From IMG/VR virus record IMGVR_UViG_3300042914_002678: DNA of 64,000 bases; one strand, given 5' to 3'. Below the pieces are notes generated by a model that was not told the DNA's origin, searched no databases, and saw only the letters and a list, made by a program, of their open reading frames with translations. Source of the stretch: a virus (lineage: Duplodnaviria > Caudoviricetes). Positions 56,769 to 64,000 of the stretch are shown one piece after another (the first letter of the stretch is position 1; each line of letters starts with the position of its first letter). Made by a program: the position numbers and the translations under genes.

Positions 56769-58885
56769 ATGTTTCACTAATTTGTGCATGTAAAAATAGA
56801 AATGCACCACTTAAAATTTCTCTTTCCTCTTGGTTGTTATTTAAAGAAATAACAGAGATTATTATTGTTGATTGGAGTTCTGACGAATCTCTTAGGGAAT
56901 TAACTGATTGGGACGAAAGAATTAAAGTCATTAATGTTCCTAATCAAACTTATTTTAATCAACCACAACCATTAAACCTTGCTGCCAATGTTGCAACTGG
57001 GGATTATATACTTAAGGTAGACACTGATTATATTTTAAATCCTTACTTTAATTTTTTTGAACATTACAAGATTGATAATGAATCTTTTTTGTGTGGACAG
57101 AATGATTATGAGCAAGTAGAAATTAATTCAAGTCCATATTTTAAATATTTAAGAGGTCTTCTTTACATTAGTAGAGAAAATTATTTAAAAGTAGGTGGTT
57201 TTAATGAAATTCATACTCAATATTATGCTTATGAGGATGACGAAATATCTCATCGTTTAGAACTTCTTGGATTAAAAAAACATAAAGTAGAATATAATCA
57301 TAATATTATTCATATTCCTCATCCTGATAAAAAAAGACTAGAAAATTTTGAAGCTTATCATACGGATAAGAACTTAGAAATGAATGTTCGCAATATGCTT
57401 TCTTCTTACTATAAAGGTGATGAACTTGAATGGCAAATTGAGTATGTTCTTGCTCAACAGCACATTGAAATAAATCGACAGAAATCTTTGTCCGAAATTG
57501 CAAGTTATTATTTTAAATCTGATATTGTTTGGAATTTAGAAAAAGTTACGGATCAATTTTATATTGCTTCAAAAAATTTAAATAATAAGTTAAATAAATT
57601 CCCCAAAGCATATTTTATGACTTTGGAGGAAAGTGCAGAAAGGCAAAAAAATATTAAAAATCAATTTTTAGAATATGGAATAAAGATTACTCCAGTAATT
57701 TCAAAAAGATTTTCAGAATCTAATGATACTGTTGTCGGAAAATATCTTTTCCAATTAAATTCTGGCACTGCAGGTTGTTGTGTTTCTCATTTGAAAGCAA
57801 TTAAAAAATGGTATGATGAAACTGAAGACGAATATGCATTTTTTTGTGAGGATGATCTTAGTTTAGAGACCGTTCAATACTGGGACTTTACTTGGGAAGA
57901 ATTTATAAAAAATCTCCCTAATGATTGGGATGTTGTTCAGTTGGTTACTATTCGGGAAGACTTTGGGAACTTTAAAGTAAGAGAAAGATATTGGGACGAT
58001 TGGAGTGCTACCGCCTATATCATAACAAGGGATTATGCTAAAAAAATAATAGACAATTATATTAAAGGTGATGTTTACTTTTTAGAGATACCTAATTCTA
58101 ATGTGATGCCTTTAATTGAAAATATATTATTTACTACTTTGGGTAAATGTTATACTGTTCCTCTTTTTGTAGAAGAAGTTGAATTAGAATCTACATTTAC
58201 AAAAGAACAAGATAATGACGTTAATGTCGGACAAAAAAGAAATCATTATCATGCAAGTAAATCTGTATTAGAATATTGGAAATCTAAAAACAAAATTAGT
58301 TCTCTTGCTGAAAAAACAGAACTTGAAAATCTTTTGGAAGCATATTCTTTAGATACAGAAAATCCAGATCATAATTTTAATCTTGGAGTTTGGTATGAAA
58401 ATCAAGGACACACTGCCCCAGCTCTCTCATATTTTCTAAGGTGCGCTGAAAGAGCAACAAACTCTGATCCTACTCTTGCATATGAGGCATTAATTCGTGC
58501 ATCTTATTGTTATGATAAACAAGGTACAAGAGACGGTAGTGCAAGATCATTATTATGGCAAGCACAAATGTTTTTACCAAGTCGCCCAGAAGCATATTTC
58601 TTACTGGCAAGATTTGCTCAAAAGCGTGAGTGGTGGCAAGATTGTTATTCAACTGCCGAACTTGCATTAATTCATTGTGATTTTAATCTTCCACCATTAA
58701 AAACCGATGTTGAATATCCTGGTAAACAGGGAATTTTATTTGCAAAGGGTGTTTCTGGATGGTGGTGGGGTAAAGTTGAAGAATCTAGATCTTTACTTCT
58801 AAATATTTTAAAAGAATATACAGTTTCCGAAAAAGATAAGGATATTCTGATCAATAATCTTGCTAAGATGGGTGTTGAGGTATGA
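56765..58885 (+). CDS. Multidomain GT2/GT7 - GT25 - TPR-like protein
   Basis: IIIVDWSS..KVDTD..GGFNE..YEDD; GCCVSH..FCEDD..SATAY; helical C-term (HNFNLGVWYE, AYFLLARF). Confidence 0.8.
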   Translation: MNVSLICACKNRNAPLKISLSSWLLFKEITEIIIVDWSSDESLRELTDWDERIKVINVPNQTYFNQPQPLNLAANVATGDYILKVDTDYILNPYFNFFEHYKIDNESFLCGQNDYEQVEINSSPYFKYLRGLLYISRENYLKVGGFNEIHTQYYAYEDDEISHRLELLGLKKHKVEYNHNIIHIPHPDKKRLENFEAYHTDKNLEMNVRNMLSSYYKGDELEWQIEYVLAQQHIEINRQKSLSEIASYYFKSDIVWNLEKVTDQFYIASKNLNNKLNKFPKAYFMTLEESAERQKNIKNQFLEYGIKITPVISKRFSESNDTVVGKYLFQLNSGTAGCCVSHLKAIKKWYDETEDEYAFFCEDDLSLETVQYWDFTWEEFIKNLPNDWDVVQLVTIREDFGNFKVRERYWDDWSATAYIITRDYAKKIIDNYIKGDVYFLEIPNSNVMPLIENILFTTLGKCYTVPLFVEEVELESTFTKEQDNDVNVGQKRNHYHASKSVLEYWKSKNKISSLAEKTELENLLEAYSLDTENPDHNFNLGVWYENQGHTAPALSYFLRCAERATNSDPTLAYEALIRASYCYDKQGTRDGSARSLLWQAQMFLPSRPEAYFLLARFAQKREWWQDCYSTAELALIHCDFNLPPLKTDVEYPGKQGILFAKGVSGWWWGKVEESRSLLLNILKEYTVSEKDKDILINNLAKMGVEV

Positions 58886-59637
58886 TACCAGTTATTGGTG
58901 TTCCTATTGTTAATGGAGTTTATCTCCTTGAAAAATTGATTGAAAGTATTGATTATCCTGTAAATCATTTGTTTATTATTAACAATAATGGTAGAGGAGA
59001 AATTGATCAAGAATTAGATGAAATATCTAAAAAAAGTCACAAATATATAAACAAGATAAAAGTTTCTCATTTACCTTCAAATCTTGGTTGTTCTGGATCT
59101 TGGAATTTAATCATAAAATGTTATATGACATGTCCATATTGGATTATTTGTTCTCATGATATTTCTTTTTCTCCAGGACTTCTTATGGAGGTCTTTGAAA
59201 AAATGCAAGATCCTAATATTAAATTTTTAAATTATGAAAAAAGTTGGGAGTGGTTTGCAATCAGAGATACTCTTATCCAAGAGTGTGGTTTATTTGACGA
59301 AAATTTTTATCCTGCTTACTGTGAAGATGTTGATTATTTTTTTAGATTAAAAAGTAAAAAAATTCCAATCTCTAAAGTTAAAATAGGACACAATAGAATT
59401 AATAATGAAGGAAGTCAAACTTGGAGGAAAGAAAGGTCTTTAGAAAAAAGACTTTCATATTCAAATGAATCTAATATGTATTATATTGTTAATAAATGGG
59501 GATATAATCCAGATATTGACGATTCTCCATGGCATATTAGTAACCCATATAAGTTTCCATTTAATAATCCCAATGTTTCGATTTCTGATACTTCATATGA
59601 TTTAAAATTTATTCGTAGAAAACATTTAGGATTTTAA
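58882..59637 (+). CDS. Glycosyltransferase family 2
   Basis: NLGCSGSWN, ICSHDI, GLFDENFYPAYCEDVDY. Confidence 0.82.
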   Translation: MIPVIGVPIVNGVYLLEKLIESIDYPVNHLFIINNNGRGEIDQELDEISKKSHKYINKIKVSHLPSNLGCSGSWNLIIKCYMTCPYWIICSHDISFSPGLLMEVFEKMQDPNIKFLNYEKSWEWFAIRDTLIQECGLFDENFYPAYCEDVDYFFRLKSKKIPISKVKIGHNRINNEGSQTWRKERSLEKRLSYSNESNMYYIVNKWGYNPDIDDSPWHISNPYKFPFNNPNVSISDTSYDLKFIRRKHLGF

Positions 59638-59642
59638 CAATT

Positions 59643-59885
59643 ATGAATTTTACAATTTATTCAAAACAAGGCTGCCCATATTGCGATAAAGTTAAAAACG
59701 TGTTAGAATTGACAAAACAAAAATACGTTACTTATACTCTTGACGAAGATTTTAGTAGAGAAGAATTTTACGCAGAATTTGGAGAGGGATCTACGTTTCC
59801 ACAAGTTGTTTGTAACGATAAAAAAATAGGAGGATCAGTTGACACAATCAAATTCCTCAAGGAACAACAAATCATTAAATCATAA
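59643..59885 (+). CDS. Glutaredoxin
   Basis: CPYC, TFPQV, IGG. Confidence 0.92.
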   Translation: MNFTIYSKQGCPYCDKVKNVLELTKQKYVTYTLDEDFSREEFYAEFGEGSTFPQVVCNDKKIGGSVDTIKFLKEQQIIKS

Positions 59886-60090
59886 CCTAAATAAAAAAGA
59901 AAACCACAGAAACCGTGGTGTTGAATTTATTCTTAATGGAGGTAAAAGAAAGCAAACTCAACCATTTCATATTATTTTTGAAAAAATGGTTTGCTTTCTC
60001 AATCGGGAAGTAACCGTTTATTTTGAATTTTCCTTTAAATCTAGGAAAAGAAAAGTAGTTTCCCGAGGTAAAAAAAATGTTAGCAGTTAG
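59839..60090 (+). CDS. Hypothetical protein (start uncertain)
   Basis: Fills gap between grx and next gene; overlaps grx. Confidence 0.4.
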   Translation: MTQSNSSRNNKSLNHNLNKKENHRNRGVEFILNGGKRKQTQPFHIIFEKMVCFLNREVTVYFEFSFKSRKRKVVSRGKKNVSS

Positions 60091-60304
60091 TTTAGTTTTC
60101 GGTTCATTTCTAACAGTTTTATTTTTTATAGTGGGCATTATAAGTGGTTGGGTAGCAAGGGAATATATGATGAACTATCGGGAAATTCCTAGACCTCATC
60201 CCGAAATGTTTGATTCGCAAGGTAATTTAATACCTGACGAGGTAATTGCATTTAATTTTGAGAACTATTATGACAACGACGACGCAACAGAAGACGAAGA
60301 ATAA
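60077..60304 (+). CDS. Membrane protein with PHPEMFD motif
   Basis: N-terminal TM helix; HPEM motif shared with 6814..7104. Confidence 0.7.
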   Translation: MLAVSLVFGSFLTVLFFIVGIISGWVAREYMMNYREIPRPHPEMFDSQGNLIPDEVIAFNFENYYDNDDATEDEE

Positions 60305-60863
60305 CACAACAAAAACAGTTGAATCTCAACTACAAAATCTACCAGCAAATCCTTTTTTGTTTGAAATTTTTAACTTAATTTCGAAACAAAGATCAAATGC
60401 AAAAAAATTAGAAATTTTGAAAAAGTATGAGCACCCTTCAATAAAGGCTGTTTTTATTTGGAATTTTGATGATACTATTATTTCAGTACTTCCTCCTGGA
60501 GAGGTTCCATATTCGAGTGTAGGTGAGCAAAATTCATTTAGTGGAACATTAAGTGAAAAAATTAATGATGCTGTATCTAAAATGAATGAACTTGGCAGCT
60601 CATCTTTAGGAGCAACAGATCAAGGATATTCTACAATACGTAAAGAATATAAAATGTTTTATAATTTTATTAAGGGTGGAAATGATACTTTAAGTTCTCT
60701 TCGTAGAGAAACTATGTTTATTAATATCCTTCAAGGACTTCATCCTCTTGAATCGGAAATTCTTTGTCTTGTAAAAGATAAAAAACTTCAAAATAAATAT
60801 AAAATAACTAAAGAACTTGTCTCTGAAGCTTATCCCGACATTAAATGGGGTGGGCGTTCGTGA
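60270..60863 (+). CDS. T4-like phage hypothetical protein
   Basis: LPPGEVPY...RRETMFINILQGLHPLESEIL. Confidence 0.7.
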   Translation: MTTTTQQKTKNNTTKTVESQLQNLPANPFLFEIFNLISKQRSNAKKLEILKKYEHPSIKAVFIWNFDDTIISVLPPGEVPYSSVGEQNSFSGTLSEKINDAVSKMNELGSSSLGATDQGYSTIRKEYKMFYNFIKGGNDTLSSLRRETMFINILQGLHPLESEILCLVKDKKLQNKYKITKELVSEAYPDIKWGGRS

Positions 60864-61219
60864 ATAAATTGGAGAATGTAATTAAATCTGCTCAAATGGG
60901 AGGAACTGAAATATCCATGGAATGGACTCCAGAAGAAAAACAAAATTTACCTCCCAGATATGGTTGTCAAATTTTATTAGAAAAAACTACAATTGAACAA
61001 GCAAAAGATTCTTCTTTTCCTAATGACGCATACTTAATTTGGTATATGGTTGATAGTAAAGAATATTTGGATCTTTGTAGAGGAACAAGATCCAAAATTT
61101 TTGATCTTTATTATGATAAATTTGGTCCTAGTGTAATTCAAAAAATCGATTTTGGTTATGGTAGGACAAACCCAAAAATTTGGGGATACCGAGCGCCAGA
61201 GAAGAAAAAAAGAAAATAG
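60860..61219 (+). CDS. Hypothetical protein
   Basis: GTG start overlapping upstream stop. Confidence 0.6.
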   Translation: MNKLENVIKSAQMGGTEISMEWTPEEKQNLPPRYGCQILLEKTTIEQAKDSSFPNDAYLIWYMVDSKEYLDLCRGTRSKIFDLYYDKFGPSVIQKIDFGYGRTNPKIWGYRAPEKKKRK

Positions 61220-61220
61220 A

Positions 61221-61547
61221 ATGGGTAAGCATTATCTTCTTAATCTTTATGAATGCTCATTCGTTCATTTAAACGATGAGCATTTTCTTATTGATCTATT
61301 AGAAAACGCTGCGATTGCCAGTGGAGCAACTGTTTGTCAAACTATTTTTAAGAAGTTTGATCCCCAAGGTGTAACGGTAATTTGTTTATTGTCCGAGAGT
61401 CACATTAGTATTCATACCTGGCCAGAAGAAGGTAAAGCTGCTTGTGATGTGTATACCTGTGGAGATTGCAATCCTAAAATTGGATGTGATATTATTATTG
61501 AACAACTTAACTCTTCACGTCACACTTTAAGTTATATTGAACGTTAA
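61221..61547 (+). CDS. speD: S-adenosylmethionine decarboxylase proenzyme
   Basis: GKHYLL..L, PQGVT..LLSESHISIHTWPE, DVYTCG. Confidence 0.95.
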   Translation: MGKHYLLNLYECSFVHLNDEHFLIDLLENAAIASGATVCQTIFKKFDPQGVTVICLLSESHISIHTWPEEGKAACDVYTCGDCNPKIGCDIIIEQLNSSRHTLSYIER

Positions 61548-61626
61548 AACAAAATTCACTTTTAGTTTTCCGGATAGGGGGAAAAATTTTCGGCAAAAAT
61601 TTCAATCCCCTAAGATTTTATAAAAT

Positions 61627-61642
61627 TGTAACAAATATTACA
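61627..61642. promoter_or_regulatory. NtcA-type box
   Basis: TGTA-ACAAATAT-TACA = tGTA-N8-TACa, 8 nt upstream of the -35 of TTGCTA(61651)-17-TATAAT(61674). Confidence 0.55.
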
Positions 61643-61684
61643 ATTAAACCTTGCTATATAAATGCAATAGGTCTATAATGACCT

Positions 61685-61783
61685 TACGTTCATCTGGAAA
61701 TCAGACGGAAGTAAGCCGACGCGGAACGGATCGTTCATTCGCTATTTGCAAATAGCGAACGCAAACGCCGACTGAAGGAACGC
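61685..61783 (+). ncRNA. Glutamine riboswitch (glnA RNA motif)
   Basis: P1 CGTTC/GAACG, P2 TCTG-GAAAT-CAGA, CGGAAGTAAG...TGAAG E-loop strands; expanded P3 with GAACG/CGTTC and TTCGCTATTT/AAATAGCGAA hairpins. Confidence 0.85.
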
Positions 61784-61814
61784 TCTTTAACCTAAACCAT
61801 TAAGGAGAACCCTA

Positions 61815-61946
61815 ATGTCAAAAGTAGTATATCGTGGTGTTGAATATGACACCGAAGTGCGTAAGCAAGAGCAAGCGCAGCAACAACCTCAACAATACAA
61901 CGAAACCTATCGCGGTGTTAAGTTTGTAAAGGAGGGGCACAAATGA
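61815..61946 (+). CDS. DUF4278 micro-protein (43 aa)
   Basis: MSKVVYRGVEYD...TYRGVKF double YRGV motif; AAGGAG RBS; not in track. Confidence 0.8.
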   Translation: MSKVVYRGVEYDTEVRKQEQAQQQPQQYNETYRGVKFVKEGHK

Positions 61947-62044
61947 ACACTTACTTCGTTCGTTACTTAAAGAAAAAAGCAAAGAAGGAAACCCTTCTCA
62001 AAATTGCACAACTGAATATGGCAAAGCAACCTCAAGTTGCTTGA
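61943..62044 (+). CDS. Basic micro-protein (33 aa)
   Basis: MNTYFVRYLKKKAKKETLLKIAQLNMAKQPQVA; ATGA overlap and GGAGG RBS; terminator 62048-62074 follows. Confidence 0.6.
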   Translation: MNTYFVRYLKKKAKKETLLKIAQLNMAKQPQVA

Positions 62045-62101
62045 TATAAAGGAGGGTTGATTCCCTCCTTTTTTCATAAATATCTAAAAAGATCAAGAAT
62101 A

Positions 62102-62785
62102 ATGAGGACCTATAAAGAATTTGTTTATATTTTAGAGCAACAGACTGGTGCTAATTTAATGTTTACTAAAAGACTCGGAAGTAGTGGACTTCCAGGATCT
62201 ACAGCAGTTACTGGTTCTGTTCAAGGTGGAAGACCTGGAGGGACTCAGGTTTCTGCAACAGGAACTTTGGGTAGGGGGACTGTATCTGGTCAAGGCGATA
62301 AAATAAATCAAGGTATAACTAAAGCTATAGAAAATCCTGGACAAGCAGCAAGTACTTCAACAATTAGAAAAGGTGCTTTTGGATCATTAAGTGCTAATGT
62401 AAGTGGTGGTGGAGCACCGAAACCAGCACCAAAACCAGTACCAAAACCACCTACACAACCAATAAAACCACAATCAGGACAAAAAATACAACCTCCAACA
62501 AAACCAACTCCACCAGTCGTAGAGAAACCATCACAGAAACCAACAGTTCCTAGTCTGACTGCTAGAGGATATACTGACGATAGAAATAATCCTTATCCTG
62601 GTTCTATTGAACGTGCAGGTCAACTAGCATCAGATTCACCTGACCCAGCAATTAGAGCACAAGCTGGACAAGACTATCAAGCAATGAGATCTCTTCAAAC
62701 ACAATTTAAAAATGAAAGACTTACTCAAAGCACTGGCGTTAAACCAGTAGTTAAACGATCTGATGGCACCTACGGAGTTCAATAG
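62102..62785 (+). CDS. Low-complexity (Gly/Pro/Thr/Gln) protein with capsid-targeting-like N-terminus
   Basis: MRTYKEFVYILE; CATAAATA at 62075. Confidence 0.65.
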   Translation: MRTYKEFVYILEQQTGANLMFTKRLGSSGLPGSTAVTGSVQGGRPGGTQVSATGTLGRGTVSGQGDKINQGITKAIENPGQAASTSTIRKGAFGSLSANVSGGGAPKPAPKPVPKPPTQPIKPQSGQKIQPPTKPTPPVVEKPSQKPTVPSLTARGYTDDRNNPYPGSIERAGQLASDSPDPAIRAQAGQDYQAMRSLQTQFKNERLTQSTGVKPVVKRSDGTYGVQ

Positions 62786-62791
62786 TATATT

Positions 62792-62828
62792 GGGGGGACT
62801 TGATCCCCTCATTTTTTTATGTTAAAAT
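62792..62828 (+). terminator. Intrinsic terminator overlapped by sigma70 promoter
   Basis: GGGGA-CTTGA-TCCCC + T-rich; TTGATC(62800)-17-TAAAAT(62823). Confidence 0.6.
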
Positions 62829-62849
62829 ACCTGAAGAGAATAATAACTT

Positions 62850-63026
62850 ATGGACAGAGACAAACTAAAACTGATTGTCCGTAATCTTGAACTCTTGGTT
62901 GATTCTCTCAAAGCAGAGGTTTATTCTGATAAAACTGTTTACAAATATACAGAACCAGAAGTAAGAAAAAGACCAATTTTAGATTACGACGAAATTTTTG
63001 AGGATTCTGATTTAGATGACCAATAG
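62850..63026 (+). CDS. Small hypothetical protein (58 aa)
   Basis: MDRDKLKLIVRNLELLVDSLKAEVYSD...; not in track. Confidence 0.65.
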   Translation: MDRDKLKLIVRNLELLVDSLKAEVYSDKTVYKYTEPEVRKRPILDYDEIFEDSDLDDQ

Positions 63027-63183
63027 AGCACAAGAACTAGTAAAGTTGCTTGAGAAATTAACCAAACAAGAGCACCTTTATTCTGCTGAGCAACTGATAG
63101 ATATGAAAAAACAATTGCGAGTGGTAAAGGAAGAACTTGCAGAACTTGAAGCAAAAACATCAAAAGGATTTGGAAAGAAATGA
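63016..63183 (+). CDS. Small coiled-coil protein (55 aa)
   Basis: MTNRAQELVKLLEKL...SKGFGKK; stop overlaps thyX ATG. Confidence 0.65.
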   Translation: MTNRAQELVKLLEKLTKQEHLYSAEQLIDMKKQLRVVKEELAELEAKTSKGFGKK

Positions 63184-63932
63184 AACCTATTAAAGCAAAA
63201 GATCTTCTTGAACTTGATAAAAATCTTGAAGTAGTAATGCTTCAATGTTATTCTGAACCTGAAAAGGTAATTTATCAGGCAGGTAAATGTGATTATTCAG
63301 AAACGCCAATTCATACGCAAACAACTCCTAATACAAATGAGTGTGGTGAATGGGTTGTAGAGCGTTTGTTAAGTAATGAGAAAGGGCACTGGGGACCGCT
63401 AGAACACCCTGCGATTACTTTTTCAGTTTCTGGGTACGTTCATAACGTTGCAATGCAAGCAAGGACTCATAGAGTAGGTGTAAGTTTTGATGTTCAATCG
63501 CAACGTTATACTGGAAAACGTGTGATCAAAGTGGCAAGTGGTGAATTGAAACCAGAAGATGTCTTCTTTGTTCGTCCTCCAGGTTTCTATACTAATCGTT
63601 ATGGTAAGAAGTATGATTGGACTCAGGAAGATTATCAAGACGAACTTAACTGGATTGTAGAGGGTTGTAAGCGTTATGCAACAAAATACGAAAAAGGAAT
63701 GTGTGAAGAGCACATTAGGGACTATCTTGCACAAGCAATTCGTCAGAACTTTGTGGTTTCTTTTAATTTACGCTCTGTTCTTCACATTATGGATTTGCGA
63801 GCAAAAATGGACGCACAACTAGAAATTCAAGCATTATGCGAACAGTTTGTTCCACACCTCCAAAATTGGGCACCAAATATTTGGAAGTATTATGAAGAGA
63901 AGCGTCTTCATAGAGCACGGTTGAGTCCCTGA
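63180..63932 (+). CDS. thyX: FAD-dependent thymidylate synthase
   Basis: GHWGPLEH, QARTHR..SFDVQSQRY, NLRSVLHIMDLR..AQLEI. Confidence 0.93.
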   Translation: MKPIKAKDLLELDKNLEVVMLQCYSEPEKVIYQAGKCDYSETPIHTQTTPNTNECGEWVVERLLSNEKGHWGPLEHPAITFSVSGYVHNVAMQARTHRVGVSFDVQSQRYTGKRVIKVASGELKPEDVFFVRPPGFYTNRYGKKYDWTQEDYQDELNWIVEGCKRYATKYEKGMCEEHIRDYLAQAIRQNFVVSFNLRSVLHIMDLRAKMDAQLEIQALCEQFVPHLQNWAPNIWKYYEEKRLHRARLSP

Positions 63933-63961
63933 TAAATAAATTATCTTGAATTTATAACTTT

Positions 63962-64000
63962 ATGCCTATATACCCCATAGTGAATACAAAAACTGGCGAA
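63962..64000 (+). CDS. Start of a hypothetical protein (partial)
   Basis: MPIYPIVNTKTGE after ATAAATA motif. Confidence 0.5.
   Translation, partial: MPIYPIVNTKTGE

Noticed and set aside
59887-60138. Minus-strand 83-aa ORF
   Set aside because: Opposes a continuous plus-strand operon; no motif or RBS

Overview
A 64-kb segment of an AT-rich T4-like cyanophage (cyanomyovirus) genome, almost all on the + strand. In order: tail of a minus-strand virion/collagen module; a lysozyme with a structured leader; eight tRNAs (seven with U at the wobble position) mixed with an HNH gene, a manA-like RNA and a cyanobacterial SLH/OprB porin; an operon of small membrane proteins with gnd; a ~21-kb sugar-modification island (DegT, GNAT, wcaG RNA, gmd, fcl, nucleotidyltransferase/kinase/HAD/aldolase-like genes, GT2/7/10/11/25, methyltransferases); photosynthesis genes (hli x2, petF, peroxiredoxin, PhotoRC-II RNA, psbA split by a 209-nt group I intron, HNH-NUMOD3 nuclease, psbD); a 2375-aa Gly-X-Gln collagen-like fibre and two parallel fibre/Gly-rich cassettes with two 2OG-Fe(II) oxygenases between them; more glycosyltransferases; grx, speD, a glutamine (glnA) riboswitch with DUF4278, and thyX. 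The best leads are absent from the ORF track: NdhP and NdhQ-like peptides flanking gnd, an NtcA-like box plus glutamine riboswitch controlling two micro-ORFs, an HLR1 (RpaB) site in the psbD promoter, and a possible hydroxylation/glycosylation system for the fibres. All family calls come from motif recognition by eye; no searches were run.
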